DNA from: an uncultured virus (IMG/VR IMGVR_UViG_3300024327_000658)
Taxonomy: Duplodnaviria > Heunggongvirae > Uroviricota > Caudoviricetes
Reading direction: 5' to 3' (one strand)
IMG/VR virus record: IMGVR_UViG_3300024327_000658
DNA length: 64,000 nt
Positions within the stretch are counted from its first letter, which is position 1, and each line of letters starts with the position of its first letter. Under the pieces are notes generated by a model. That model was not told the origin of the DNA and did no database searches. It worked only from the letters and a program-made list of their open reading frames with translations. Shown here one piece after another: positions 38,101 through 46,960 of this stretch. A program made the translations under genes and the position numbers.

Positions 38101-38444
38101 GCATCATCACCAGATTCTCCCTTTTCTCCCATTGGTCCTATAGGTCCAATATCTCCTAAATCTCCCCTAGGACCCTGAACACCTTGTGGACCAATTCTTC
38201 CTGATATTCCTTTAACGCCCACTTCGCCAGCAAGCCCCTTTTCGCCCTTTTCTCCCTTTTCTCCCTTAGGACCTACAGTGCCTTTAATTTCAAGAACTTT
38301 AACTGTTTCACCAGTAACAGGATCTAAAATTTCTTTTATATCCTCTACAAGTTCTTCTTTAGTTTTTTTTAATTGTTTTTTAGTATAAGCAAGAGAAGTT
38401 GCTAGAACCTTACTTAAATCTAAATCTTTTTGATCGTCTTTCAT
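35145..38444 (-). CDS. Collagen-like / Gly-Ser-Ala repeat fibre protein with a fibre-chaperone-like C-terminus
   Basis: GPKGEKGEKG collagen tract; three long G-[S/T]-[A/S] tracts separated by globular domains; WLINHNLG motif; C-terminal DLAERYESD..YDPGTVLSIGGEKEVT...GRILVK. Confidence 0.8.
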   Translation of the reverse strand: MKDDQKDLDLSKVLATSLAYTKKQLKKTKEELVEDIKEILDPVTGETVKVLEIKGTVGPKGEKGEKGEKGLAGEVGVKGISGRIGPQGVQGPRGDLGDIGPIGPMGEKGESGDDADVTKLVKELDNFKEVVKKISKKATLTAQRVAGGSGWGESGGGGGGDTSSGSAGSSGSSGLTYASSGSAGSAGSSGISGTAGSAGSAGSAGTSGTSGADGPIGTSGSAGSSGLTYASSGSAGTSGSSGADGPIGTSGSAGSSGSAGSAGSAGSSGTSGSSGISGTAGTSGTAGSSGSTGSAGSAGSAGSAGSSGISGTAGSAGSAGSAGTSGSSGADGPIGTSGSAGSSGLTYASSGSSGSAGSSGSAGTAGSAGSAGSAGSAGSAGSAGSAGTSGSSGTSGSAGTSGSAGSSGLTYASSGSAGSAGSSGSVGTSGSSGTSGSAGSSGSSGTVGTSGSSGHDGGFGGASFAYRYSTDQSTNDPGTGKLAFTLTTGAFTYPTTANRLRISDTDQDGTTIDSFLQTIDDVAFSVPKGHFRIYDKSAPEKYFLYSINEFDTTNPSWYYVDVTFLDSSLNNFQNNTEIVASFARTGDSGTAGTSGSSGSSGSAGSAGSAGSAGSAGSAGTSGSSGSSGSAGSAGSAGSAGSAGSAGSAGTSGSAGTSGSAGSSGSAGSSGSAGSAGSAGSSGSAGTSGSSGTAGSSGSSGSAGTAGSAGSAGSAGSAGSSGQDGGSWIHVQGSASSVWLINHNLGVRPLNIEVVDSNYDVIYPESIRYISSNTAKLVFATAISGWAALTFGEGSSGTSGSSGTAGSSGSSGSAGTSGSAGTSGSAGSSGTSGTAGSSGLTYASSGSAGSAGSAGTAGTSGSAGSSGADGAPTSPAGAAGYVQYYASSSSLGAYSGYRVNDITTPTELYFNGAIFSSSGVTGLSALKVYGTSGFDGTMTTKAIVPVANNTHDIGTSTMVYNDMYAVTFNGRATSASWSDLAERYESDLVYDPGTVLSIGGEKEVTLYQAEMPYAGVVSDNPGLRMNDSMEQRKNEFMIFICLTGRILVKIVGRCVKGDLIMAYNDGAGKSITKYEYKSHKHDLIGIALSDSDAGFVEVKI
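35840..37960. repeat. 9-bp-period coding repeats (Gly-X-X tracts), three blocks
   Basis: ccagcagaa/ccagaagaa/ccagcactt units in blocks at about 35840-36070, 36280-36690 and 37080-37960. Confidence 0.9.
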
Positions 38445-38470
38445 TTATTATTCCTGCACTCATCTACGGA

Positions 38471-40153
38471 TCAATCTACAAAATTTTCATCATCTTCTAA
38501 AACAGAAAAAAGAATATCATTTACTTTATCTTTAATATCATTTTCTTTTTTCGCAAATTCAAATTTTTCTTCAATCTTTTTATCAATATTTTCATTAATT
38601 TCTTGTTTATTGTGTGTATCTATTTTTACAGAATTGAACTGCATATTATCTTCTCCCGAAAATCTAGGATCATCAGTTTCTTTTTGAATTTGCTCATCAT
38701 TAGTTTTAATTTCATCATCGGTCATCATTAAAACATGTTTTCTAATATATTCATGAGACCAATATTTTCCAGCATATTCTTGTAAATCTCTTAAAATATT
38801 CAATCTATCTTGCATAAGTTCATTCTGTTTTATTTCTACAAAATGACTATCATTTTCAAATTCATAATATATTTCATTTTTAATATTCTTCCAATCTTCT
38901 TTAGACATTATTCCCCTGAGGATCAACTGTCTTTCCATCATTTCATCAAACAGTAAACTAAATCTACTTTGAAGTTTATTAACAAATCGTGTAAATTTAA
39001 CTTCATCTCTTGAAATTTCAGTAGCACGACCAATCGTATAGTTTGCTTCTGATTCAAGTCTAGAAATAGGAACACCTAGTGATTTATAAAGTTTTTTCTG
39101 AAAATATAATACATCTTCAATATCTCCAAGATTATTACCACCGGGCAAAGTTGTAATTTCTGTTCCTCTCCCACCCTCTCTTCTTGGCATCCAATAATCT
39201 TCAAGCATTGACATATGTTTTCTATCATCTCTAACCTCACCCGTTTGAGCATCATATACAAGTTTGTTTTTGTATCGTGTCATTAAATCACGCATGTATT
39301 GTTCTGCTTTTAACTTGGGTAAATTTCCAACATCAACATAAAAAATTCTTCTCTCTGGGGCTCGTGAAATACGATAAATTACGAGAGAATCCTCGATCAT
39401 TCTTAATTGATTTAATGGTTTGATTGCTTTGTGTAGGTAGGACAAAACTAATGTACGTGTACTATTCATTAGTCCTGAATGTGTATATATAATCGCATCA
39501 GGAGCTATTTTTAAACCACTGGCGGCACTTGTAAAAGCAGTACCCATTGTCTGCCCCTGTGATTGATATATTCCTTTTTGATTATAAACATAATATTCCT
39601 CGACAGTAGTTTTTGAGGTACCATCAGATTGTCTATCGGTTTTCTTTTCACGAATTTTCTTTATTTTTCTAGGGTCTAATACTCTTAATTCGTGAATTCC
39701 TTTTTCTAGATTATTTTCATCAACAACAACATGATAATAAATTCGACCATCAATATACCATCTTTTAAAAACATCGTGTCCTAAATTTTGTAAATCTAGA
39801 AGTTTGCTTATTTGCTTAAATTCTACTCTTATTTTGTCTCTGATACTTTCAGAGATATTTAAGTTGTCTACATTAATTCTTACAAGGGGCTTGTCTTTGG
39901 AGGCTACAATGGCTTCATTAATTATATCATCAATGGCATTTTCTACTTCTGCTTGAAGACCCATATCACGATATCTGTTTATTAACTCAGATTCGCTTTT
40001 TATGGCTCCTGCCTGATCGACATATGTTCCATAAGCACCACCAGATGCTACGGTTAATGATCCATCTTCATATTCTGGTTCAGCGAAGGTTTGGGCTTTT
40101 ACGGTTTTCTTTTCGGTTTTTCCGAGCGAAAAACCGAACAATTCAATGGGCAT
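38471..40153 (-). CDS. gp20: Portal vertex protein (T4 gp20)
   Basis: WYIDGRIYYH, YRISRAPERRIFYVDVGNLPK, EDYWMPRREGGRGTEITTLPGG. Confidence 0.98.
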   Translation of the reverse strand: MPIELFGFSLGKTEKKTVKAQTFAEPEYEDGSLTVASGGAYGTYVDQAGAIKSESELINRYRDMGLQAEVENAIDDIINEAIVASKDKPLVRINVDNLNISESIRDKIRVEFKQISKLLDLQNLGHDVFKRWYIDGRIYYHVVVDENNLEKGIHELRVLDPRKIKKIREKKTDRQSDGTSKTTVEEYYVYNQKGIYQSQGQTMGTAFTSAASGLKIAPDAIIYTHSGLMNSTRTLVLSYLHKAIKPLNQLRMIEDSLVIYRISRAPERRIFYVDVGNLPKLKAEQYMRDLMTRYKNKLVYDAQTGEVRDDRKHMSMLEDYWMPRREGGRGTEITTLPGGNNLGDIEDVLYFQKKLYKSLGVPISRLESEANYTIGRATEISRDEVKFTRFVNKLQSRFSLLFDEMMERQLILRGIMSKEDWKNIKNEIYYEFENDSHFVEIKQNELMQDRLNILRDLQEYAGKYWSHEYIRKHVLMMTDDEIKTNDEQIQKETDDPRFSGEDNMQFNSVKIDTHNKQEINENIDKKIEEKFEFAKKENDIKDKVNDILFSVLEDDENFVD

Positions 40154-40166
40154 GATATTTCCTGAA

Positions 40167-40219
40167 TGCGAGTGAGTAAAAATAATACAATACTATTAAT
40201 TTATATTTATTCACTCGCA
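40167..40219. promoter_or_regulatory. Inverted repeat in the gp19-gp20 gap overlapping late-promoter-like sequences
   Basis: tgcgagtgagtaaa...tttattcactcgca (13/14 match); minus strand contains AATAAATA and TATAAATT. Confidence 0.55.
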
Positions 40220-40239
40220 AAATCAGAAAATTGAGATTT

Positions 40240-40827
40240 TTATGCAGAGGCACCAATAGAAATAGTATCCGCTGTTCCTTTACCGCCTGTTTGACTGCTC
40301 TTTGTTCGACTCCAGTAATCATAAGAGAAAGTTACGGTATATTCTTCAATAGTATCGTTATCTCCCCAATCAAGAGTGATTTCTGAAAGATCAGTTGGAA
40401 ACATACCATGAAAGCTATATGATGCAGTTACTTTTGAACTACCAGATTTACTAAATTGTTGAACGTTCCCCACTAATGCATAAGCACTAGATGAATCACC
40501 CGTTTGTCTTGTATTCGTAACATGATCGTTTATACCGTTCATCCACTTTTCAAATTGCGATCTTATAGCAAAATTTTCATCATTAATAACTGTTATTGTC
40601 CATTCTGGAAAAGTTCTATTTCCTGCTAATTTAACTTCTCTACCAAAATAAGGAACCACAACAGTTCCTATTGTGGTACCGGGTATTGAGGTCCCTTTAG
40701 CAAACAGGTTTATATCAGTTCCATTAAAAAAACTAGCGGAACCATGTGGAATCTTAACCTCAAATAAATTAGGTCTTTGACCATCATAGACCAGGGCCTG
40801 TCTAAAAGTTGTTATATCGAATGCCAT
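40240..40827 (-). CDS. gp19: Tail tube protein (T4 gp19)
   Basis: RPNLFEV, GREVKLAGNRTFPEWTITVINDE, IEEYTVTFSYDYW. Confidence 0.96.
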   Translation of the reverse strand: MAFDITTFRQALVYDGQRPNLFEVKIPHGSASFFNGTDINLFAKGTSIPGTTIGTVVVPYFGREVKLAGNRTFPEWTITVINDENFAIRSQFEKWMNGINDHVTNTRQTGDSSSAYALVGNVQQFSKSGSSKVTASYSFHGMFPTDLSEITLDWGDNDTIEEYTVTFSYDYWSRTKSSQTGGKGTADTISIGASA

Positions 40828-40838
40828 CTATTTTCTCC

Positions 40839-43160
40839 TTAAATTGCGTTGACTACTTCAGAAAATTCAACTCCTGAAGCCACTGCGACAAAGTTTAATC
40901 CAATGAAATTAATTGATTTAGTCGGCTTGATAAAAATATCTCCCCTAAACTCATTTCTATTTATCACCACAGGTGTATTATTTGTGCTGTCACATATTAC
41001 TTTAAAATCCTCTATTCCCCTTTGTGACTGAATATCCCTTAAAAAAGGTTCTATCATAGAAACAAAATTTAATCGTGTAAAATCATCATTAAATTCAAAC
41101 AATAAATTTTCAGCGGCATTTGCTATAGCTTTTTCTAAAATAATAAACAATCTTCGTACATTAATTCTATCAAAAGAAGATGGCCTCGCTAACATTGTTT
41201 TATCACCAAATAAAATTTTACCTTTTCCAGGAAATGATGCTATTGGATTAATACCATTTATATACAGATCGTCTCTTTCCCCTCTATTGGGAACAAATGC
41301 TAAAAATTCTGCTCCTTTTATATTTCCTCTGGCAAACCCCGCAGGCGAAACATAAGGATTAACATTATCCGCTTGGGCGCAAATTCCAGCAACATCAGCA
41401 TTGAATGGAATCCATCTATAAACAGAGTTATACCTGTCAAATATGTATTTGTAATTTCCATCCATAACAGCATAACTTGTGCTTGGTAAAGTATTTCTTC
41501 TAGCAACTATATTTGTTATTTCAGAACCTTCTTTATTTACAACATCTGACTCTTCCGGAGAAATAAACACAACACAATCTTTTCTGGTTTCTGCTATTTC
41601 ATTAATTAAATAGGTAGCTAAAGTATTTGATGCTTCCCCCGAAATCAATAAAGAAATATTTATTTTCGCAGGATCTTTGAAATAACTATAAGCAGTAATT
41701 TCATCTGAAGATGAAGAACTATGTCCATCAACACCGCCCGACATACTAGCAGTCATAATTCCGTTTGCACCAGAATCACTAAATGCTCCGGGAAAACTAG
41801 CTGAATCATTTCCTGTGACAATAGTAGCACCCCAATCATAAGTAATTTTATTAGATCCGGCATCAAGAGGAGCATCTCCTGTACTATCGTGATCTGTCCA
41901 TCTTATATAATTAGAAGAATTGTTTATTGCATCTTTATAATAGAGAGTTTGACCGGTAGTTCCTGTGGCACCATTTGCTACAGATACACCTTCATATTTT
42001 TCAATGACTTGTTTTTCTGGATTATTTCCGCGAACATCTTTTGATCCTAAAATTTCACCACCTTCATCTACTATTGCAACATGTATTTCATCTCCAACAG
42101 ATGCCGATCCAGTAATATTATAAGCATACACACTTGTAAGAGGCGCAGATCCAAAATCAGACGCAAATTCCCATTCCCTTTTCCAGGTACCACCATATAA
42201 AGCGGCTGTTGTTACCGCCCTATCTAATTTAGTTGCAACGCCCATTGACGTTGAATTTGTAATAGACGATATTCTTCTTTTATTCTCTACTCCATCATCA
42301 TCTTTAAAGGTAATAATGTCTCCTAAATGCAATTGCCGAGTAAAATTAGTATCTGTTCCTGTAATAGTAGTTGATCCTGCAGAGACAGAAAGATTACCAA
42401 GCATATTTACTGCTGGCTCTTCGAAGGCAGATCTTTTTTTTCTTACAAGACTTGCACCTGACATAGCGACATCATCCCCCATACCCGTAGTCTCTAGTCC
42501 ACCAGTGGCCTGTGAAATTGTTATTGCGGTGTTAGACGTGATTGCCGTTACTATTCCGCTATTAGAACCATGAACAACTACATCACCAATTCTCAATTCT
42601 GTATCTGCTAATGTACCAACACCAGTAAGACCTGTTGTAGCATTAGAATTGGACCATGTACCCGTAAGATTCCAGTCGGTGCTACTTGCATGAGAAACAG
42701 TGCCATCAGAAGCATTAACTTGTGTACTTGTTCTATCCGCAACACACATAGAAACTTTTATTGAATTACCAAGTGTTCCTGGATATTTTGACGTAAAACT
42801 TGTTCCTGAAGTTGTCGTGTCCTTATATGTATTTTGATATTCTTTATCATTGCGAATTAAAATTGCAGAACCACCTGATACTGCATTTTTAGCAGTCGAT
42901 GTATTAGCCGCTCTAACAACTCTTAACTTATTCGAATAACTCAAAAAACTTGTAGCACTAAAAAACGTTTTATACGTATTAGCATTCGGTTTTCCAAACA
43001 CACCAACCATTTCATCTTCAGAAGTAATTAATGTAGCAACCTCCAAGGGCCCCCATGTTAAGTTACCTGCTATTGCACCATCTGAAATAGAAGGAATAGG
43101 AACTCTAGTAGTTAAATCGATCTCTGCTACGGCTACGCCTGGGCTAACTTGAAATGCCAT
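40839..43160 (-). CDS. gp18: Tail sheath protein (T4 gp18) with inserted domains
   Basis: SPGVAVAEID, SPAGFARG, FDRINVRRLF, IKPTKSINFI. Confidence 0.96.
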   Translation of the reverse strand: MAFQVSPGVAVAEIDLTTRVPIPSISDGAIAGNLTWGPLEVATLITSEDEMVGVFGKPNANTYKTFFSATSFLSYSNKLRVVRAANTSTAKNAVSGGSAILIRNDKEYQNTYKDTTTSGTSFTSKYPGTLGNSIKVSMCVADRTSTQVNASDGTVSHASSTDWNLTGTWSNSNATTGLTGVGTLADTELRIGDVVVHGSNSGIVTAITSNTAITISQATGGLETTGMGDDVAMSGASLVRKKRSAFEEPAVNMLGNLSVSAGSTTITGTDTNFTRQLHLGDIITFKDDDGVENKRRISSITNSTSMGVATKLDRAVTTAALYGGTWKREWEFASDFGSAPLTSVYAYNITGSASVGDEIHVAIVDEGGEILGSKDVRGNNPEKQVIEKYEGVSVANGATGTTGQTLYYKDAINNSSNYIRWTDHDSTGDAPLDAGSNKITYDWGATIVTGNDSASFPGAFSDSGANGIMTASMSGGVDGHSSSSSDEITAYSYFKDPAKINISLLISGEASNTLATYLINEIAETRKDCVVFISPEESDVVNKEGSEITNIVARRNTLPSTSYAVMDGNYKYIFDRYNSVYRWIPFNADVAGICAQADNVNPYVSPAGFARGNIKGAEFLAFVPNRGERDDLYINGINPIASFPGKGKILFGDKTMLARPSSFDRINVRRLFIILEKAIANAAENLLFEFNDDFTRLNFVSMIEPFLRDIQSQRGIEDFKVICDSTNNTPVVINRNEFRGDIFIKPTKSINFIGLNFVAVASGVEFSEVVNAI

Positions 43161-43200
43161 ATTGTTTCTCCCCTAAATTATTAAAAAATTGCTTTCGTTA

Positions 43201-43208
43201 TATTTATA
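43201..43208 (-). promoter_or_regulatory. T4-type late promoter TATAAATA (gp18-19-20 operon)
   Basis: Exact consensus 40 nt upstream of gp18. Confidence 0.82.
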
Positions 43209-43244
43209 TTTTAGCAGATTTTAGAAATGTTTTATTTATTCTAA

Positions 43245-43252
43245 TATAAATA
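43245..43252 (+). promoter_or_regulatory. T4-type late promoter TATAAATA (HNH-like gene)
   Basis: Exact consensus 4 nt before the ATG at 43257. Confidence 0.7.
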
Positions 43253-43256
43253 AAAC

Positions 43257-43679
43257 ATGGAGAAAGCAAAATCGAGATTTGAAAAAAAAATTATAAAGAC
43301 AAATGATTGCTGGTTTTGGGTTGCAAGTAAAACAAAACAGGGGTATGGTATGTTTTCGTATGAAGGAAAATCAATTCCTGCTCATAGATTTGCATATATT
43401 GCATATAATGGAGTCATTGAACAAAATAAAATAGTACACCAGTCTTGCAATAATACATACTGTGTAAATCCAAACCATTTATATTTAACTACAAAAAGCG
43501 AAACAAGGAACAGATTTTATGAACTAAGAATTAATCCTGAAATGGTATTTAAAGAATCTGTGAGATATTTGGATAAATTGAAAAAACTGAGACCCGATTT
43601 AAAATCAAGTATAATTGAATTAATAAATCAAATAAAAGATCCTAAAAACATTCATCAAATCAATGTAGATAATCAGTAG
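43257..43679 (+). CDS. HNH homing-endonuclease-like protein (apparently degenerate)
   Basis: CWFW...GYGMF...AHRFAY...SCNNTYCVNPNHL. Confidence 0.8.
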   Translation: MEKAKSRFEKKIIKTNDCWFWVASKTKQGYGMFSYEGKSIPAHRFAYIAYNGVIEQNKIVHQSCNNTYCVNPNHLYLTTKSETRNRFYELRINPEMVFKESVRYLDKLKKLRPDLKSSIIELINQIKDPKNIHQINVDNQ

Positions 43680-45312
43680 AATATTTCGTATCTACTATCC
43701 ATTTTTCACCGCCCATATCAACAACTTCTGGATCATAAGAATTTCTACCATCATTTATATATCCGAAAGGAATCAATTGAGATTCCGCTTCGTCTAACTG
43801 ATCTTTAAACATTTTTTCTCGTAAATCTAAATCTGTAACTTCTGTAAAATATTGTTGATTTACAAGCCAACCAAACAGTATTAAAGTCGTCATCAAATCA
43901 TCATGATATCCTTCGTCAGCTTCGTAACTAGATCCTTTGGCTATATATGTTGTCATTTCAGAAATAGTATCAAGATCCCAAATGATTAATTTGTCTCCTT
44001 CTATCAAATCTTTGCAACTAGAACACCCCTTTCTTTTAACTTCTTTTGTGGTTCTAATTCCCAATTGCGAAGTTTTACCAAATCCCCCACCCAAAGTTTG
44101 ACCAGATCTTCCCATTACACTTGTTTGAAAAATATTAGGATATTCTAACTCGTAATGTAAAATATCTGCTACTTGACCGCCGATGTCATTTATTTCGACC
44201 AAAATATATGCATGATTATAATATTTACATACATTATCAATAACAGTTGGCAATAACATTGGAGAAATATTTGGATCTCTATATTTTGCAACTTGCTGAT
44301 ATGGAAACTGAGAAACATCAATTATCGAAAAGGCAGAATAATCTTGTCCTCTGCCTCTTGCAACATCAACTATACAAACATAAGAATGTGTAGGATCTGG
44401 TTCGACATAGACATCTAAACTATCTTTCTTTATAATAGGGGGTTTATATGGCAGAGTTTTTAATTTTGAAGGAGAAATTAAAGTATTTTGTGAACCAATA
44501 AAATCACACTCGTATTCTTGTGAAAACTGCAATTCACTTGTATTTCTTATCGTTTCTTCTTTCCATGCTTGATCTCTTCCTGGAGTCTGAGACCAATGAA
44601 CTTCTAACGGAACATAATCACTTCTTCCCTCGTCTGCATCAACCCACATTTTATAGAACATATTTAATCCCTTCGGGGTTGATACAATAAACACTTTAGT
44701 TGTATTACCAGAAGAAATTGTAGGATATACAGAATTAAAAAACTCTTCTGCCAACCTTGGTGGATCAATATGAGCAAACTCATCCATGAAGATGATGTTA
44801 AAAGATGATCCACGAACTGCGGAGGAAGATGTGGAAGCAGATATAACTTTACTACCGTTTTCTAATTCAATATTTCCCCTGTTCCAAACAACAACTCCTT
44901 GTTGCAACCATTTTGGTAAATTTTCATAAGCAGTTTTTAATCGTTGAAGAATCTCTCTTGAAGTAGAGCCCTTATTAGCTAATATAGCAATATTAGATTG
45001 AGCATTAAAAAGAGCGTAATGTAATAAGTAAGCAACAATTGTTGTTGATTTTCCAGTTTGTCTAGGCATTTTACAAATAACAAACCGATTATCATGCATT
45101 GTCTGAACAAGTTCTTCTTGATAACCATAAAGATCAAAGGGCATCAATCCATGGTCAACATGAATAATTTTCATGTAGTTTTTTGCAAAATATACAGGAT
45201 CATTAGAGCATTTAAGATACTCTTCTAAAGTATCTTTGTCATATTCTATTGGAATATATGCCGCTTTAAGTAATGGATTTCCTGCATAATTTTGTATACG
45301 GTCTATCGCCAT
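43660..45312 (-). CDS. gp17: Terminase large subunit (T4 gp17)
   Basis: MPRQTGKST, IFMDEFAH, VSTPKG, VDVARGRGQDYSAF, HDDLM. Confidence 0.98.
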   Translation of the reverse strand: MAIDRIQNYAGNPLLKAAYIPIEYDKDTLEEYLKCSNDPVYFAKNYMKIIHVDHGLMPFDLYGYQEELVQTMHDNRFVICKMPRQTGKSTTIVAYLLHYALFNAQSNIAILANKGSTSREILQRLKTAYENLPKWLQQGVVVWNRGNIELENGSKVISASTSSSAVRGSSFNIIFMDEFAHIDPPRLAEEFFNSVYPTISSGNTTKVFIVSTPKGLNMFYKMWVDADEGRSDYVPLEVHWSQTPGRDQAWKEETIRNTSELQFSQEYECDFIGSQNTLISPSKLKTLPYKPPIIKKDSLDVYVEPDPTHSYVCIVDVARGRGQDYSAFSIIDVSQFPYQQVAKYRDPNISPMLLPTVIDNVCKYYNHAYILVEINDIGGQVADILHYELEYPNIFQTSVMGRSGQTLGGGFGKTSQLGIRTTKEVKRKGCSSCKDLIEGDKLIIWDLDTISEMTTYIAKGSSYEADEGYHDDLMTTLILFGWLVNQQYFTEVTDLDLREKMFKDQLDEAESQLIPFGYINDGRNSYDPEVVDMGGEKWIVDTKYSTDYLH

Positions 45313-46733
45313 TATTGTAACTCGTAATTTACCAAACCCTGTTTTGCTGTGAAATCTGTGGCACCCGACATTGATCCTAAAATTTTCAATGAAGCAGTTT
45401 TAGGAGAAACCATTTTAATATCAACAATTCCCCTTCTCCATTTAGTTTTACTTAAATTTGCTTGATAAAAATCTTTACCACCAATTATATCACCAATATA
45501 TTTTTTTGATAGAGAATCATTATTTAAACTACTTGCCACAGAATAATTAAAAAAAGAAGTAATAGTAAAAGGATAATTGTCTTTTATTGTTTGTATCACT
45601 TTGCTTTTTCCATCAAAATGACCTTTCTTTATAAAATAGTCTTCTATTGCCTCTATTACAACATCAAGTTCTTTATTTTCTTTCGATGAAAGAGAACGAC
45701 CCATTGCAACCTTTCGAATACTTTCATAAATAGAATGATTTGTGTTTTTTACATTTGTTTTTTTTATATTTAATACTGCTCTTAATCCAACTTCAAATGT
45801 TATATTCTTTGCAAATTTAAATCTGTTTGCTCCCACAAGGTCTGATGTATATCCCATATTAAACGCAATTTGACACATTTTTTTAAAAAAACAATTTTTA
45901 TAATCAGAATAATATTTTATTCCGTAAGGAAGCACATTTGACATAAACGAAGCGGCGGCTCCTTTATCATATTTGCTTGATACACTAACAGTAGTTGAGT
46001 CAAAAATCAAACTACTATCAACAAGTTTAAAAGCAGGATCAGTTGGAACACTAAATGATTTTAAATTTATACCAAACATATTAGAGGGAGTACAAGTGTT
46101 TGATAATTGATTTTTGAATGCTAATAGTCCTATTAAAATTTCACCAAAATATACACCAAGCTCATCAATATGTCTGTCATCAATACCCGCCAAATCAATT
46201 CTAGACAAATCTTTTTTATCTAAATAAGATTTTATTTTTTCTACCGCATAATCATTGTTATGTATTTTATTGTCTAGTCCCCAAATAATACTTTTTTTTA
46301 ATTCATCAAAAGTTTTAAATATTTTTACAGGAACATTTTTTGCAGAAAGCACTGTTATTTTTTCATCTTTACCCTTTTCTGTAAAATCTTCTGCTAATAT
46401 TTGTAATTTTGGGGGCCGTTCAGTGTCAAGATTATCTGTAGGTTTTCTTATTTTTGAAATTAATACATATCCCTTTTTTCTTTGATATTCGATATTAGCA
46501 TACTTTTTTTTTTGAAATTCTTTATATTTGTTTGAAGCTAATTTTATCTCAGTTCTTGGTTGAATATTAATATTCATGCCTTCTAGTTCGTTATTTTTTT
46601 CTTCAAACATTTCGGCAAATTGTCCATTTTCTATTCTTAGGGTCAATTTATTCCAATCGGGATTTTTTGTAACATATCGTGTAAAAACCACGTCTCCCGG
46701 ATTTCTTCTATCTATTTGACCTAAGTGAGCCAT
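45312..46733 (-). CDS. Hypothetical protein, possible PD-(D/E)xK nuclease
   Basis: YFGEILIG...P.DPAFKLVDS...VSSKYDKGAAAS pattern; basic 473-aa protein. Confidence 0.45.
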   Translation of the reverse strand: MAHLGQIDRRNPGDVVFTRYVTKNPDWNKLTLRIENGQFAEMFEEKNNELEGMNINIQPRTEIKLASNKYKEFQKKKYANIEYQRKKGYVLISKIRKPTDNLDTERPPKLQILAEDFTEKGKDEKITVLSAKNVPVKIFKTFDELKKSIIWGLDNKIHNNDYAVEKIKSYLDKKDLSRIDLAGIDDRHIDELGVYFGEILIGLLAFKNQLSNTCTPSNMFGINLKSFSVPTDPAFKLVDSSLIFDSTTVSVSSKYDKGAAASFMSNVLPYGIKYYSDYKNCFFKKMCQIAFNMGYTSDLVGANRFKFAKNITFEVGLRAVLNIKKTNVKNTNHSIYESIRKVAMGRSLSSKENKELDVVIEAIEDYFIKKGHFDGKSKVIQTIKDNYPFTITSFFNYSVASSLNNDSLSKKYIGDIIGGKDFYQANLSKTKWRRGIVDIKMVSPKTASLKILGSMSGATDFTAKQGLVNYELQ

Positions 46734-46735
46734 TG

Positions 46736-46960
46736 TTATTCTTTTTTATCTTTTTTATATTGAACAATTTTTTTTGCACGTTTTAAATCATCTTTAGAAA
46801 GGTTACCATATGGTCTCTCTAAAGAATCTGGTTGTTTATCTATTTTTCCACCCTTTTGTTTAAACTTATGTAAGGCTAATGCTTTTTTTAATGCATCTTT
46901 ATTATCTTCATCAACTTCTACTTCTTCTATTTCTTTTAAATATTGTTTAAATTTTTTCAT
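46736..46960 (-). CDS. Hypothetical protein
   Basis: MKKFKQYL start; FKQKGGKI motif. Confidence 0.6.
   Translation of the reverse strand: MKKFKQYLKEIEEVEVDEDNKDALKKALALHKFKQKGGKIDKQPDSLERPYGNLSKDDLKRAKKIVQYKKDKKE

Noticed and set aside
16560..38444. Island as a transposon, integrative element or diversity-generating retroelement
   Set aside because: No transposase, integrase, reverse transcriptase or terminal repeats were seen.
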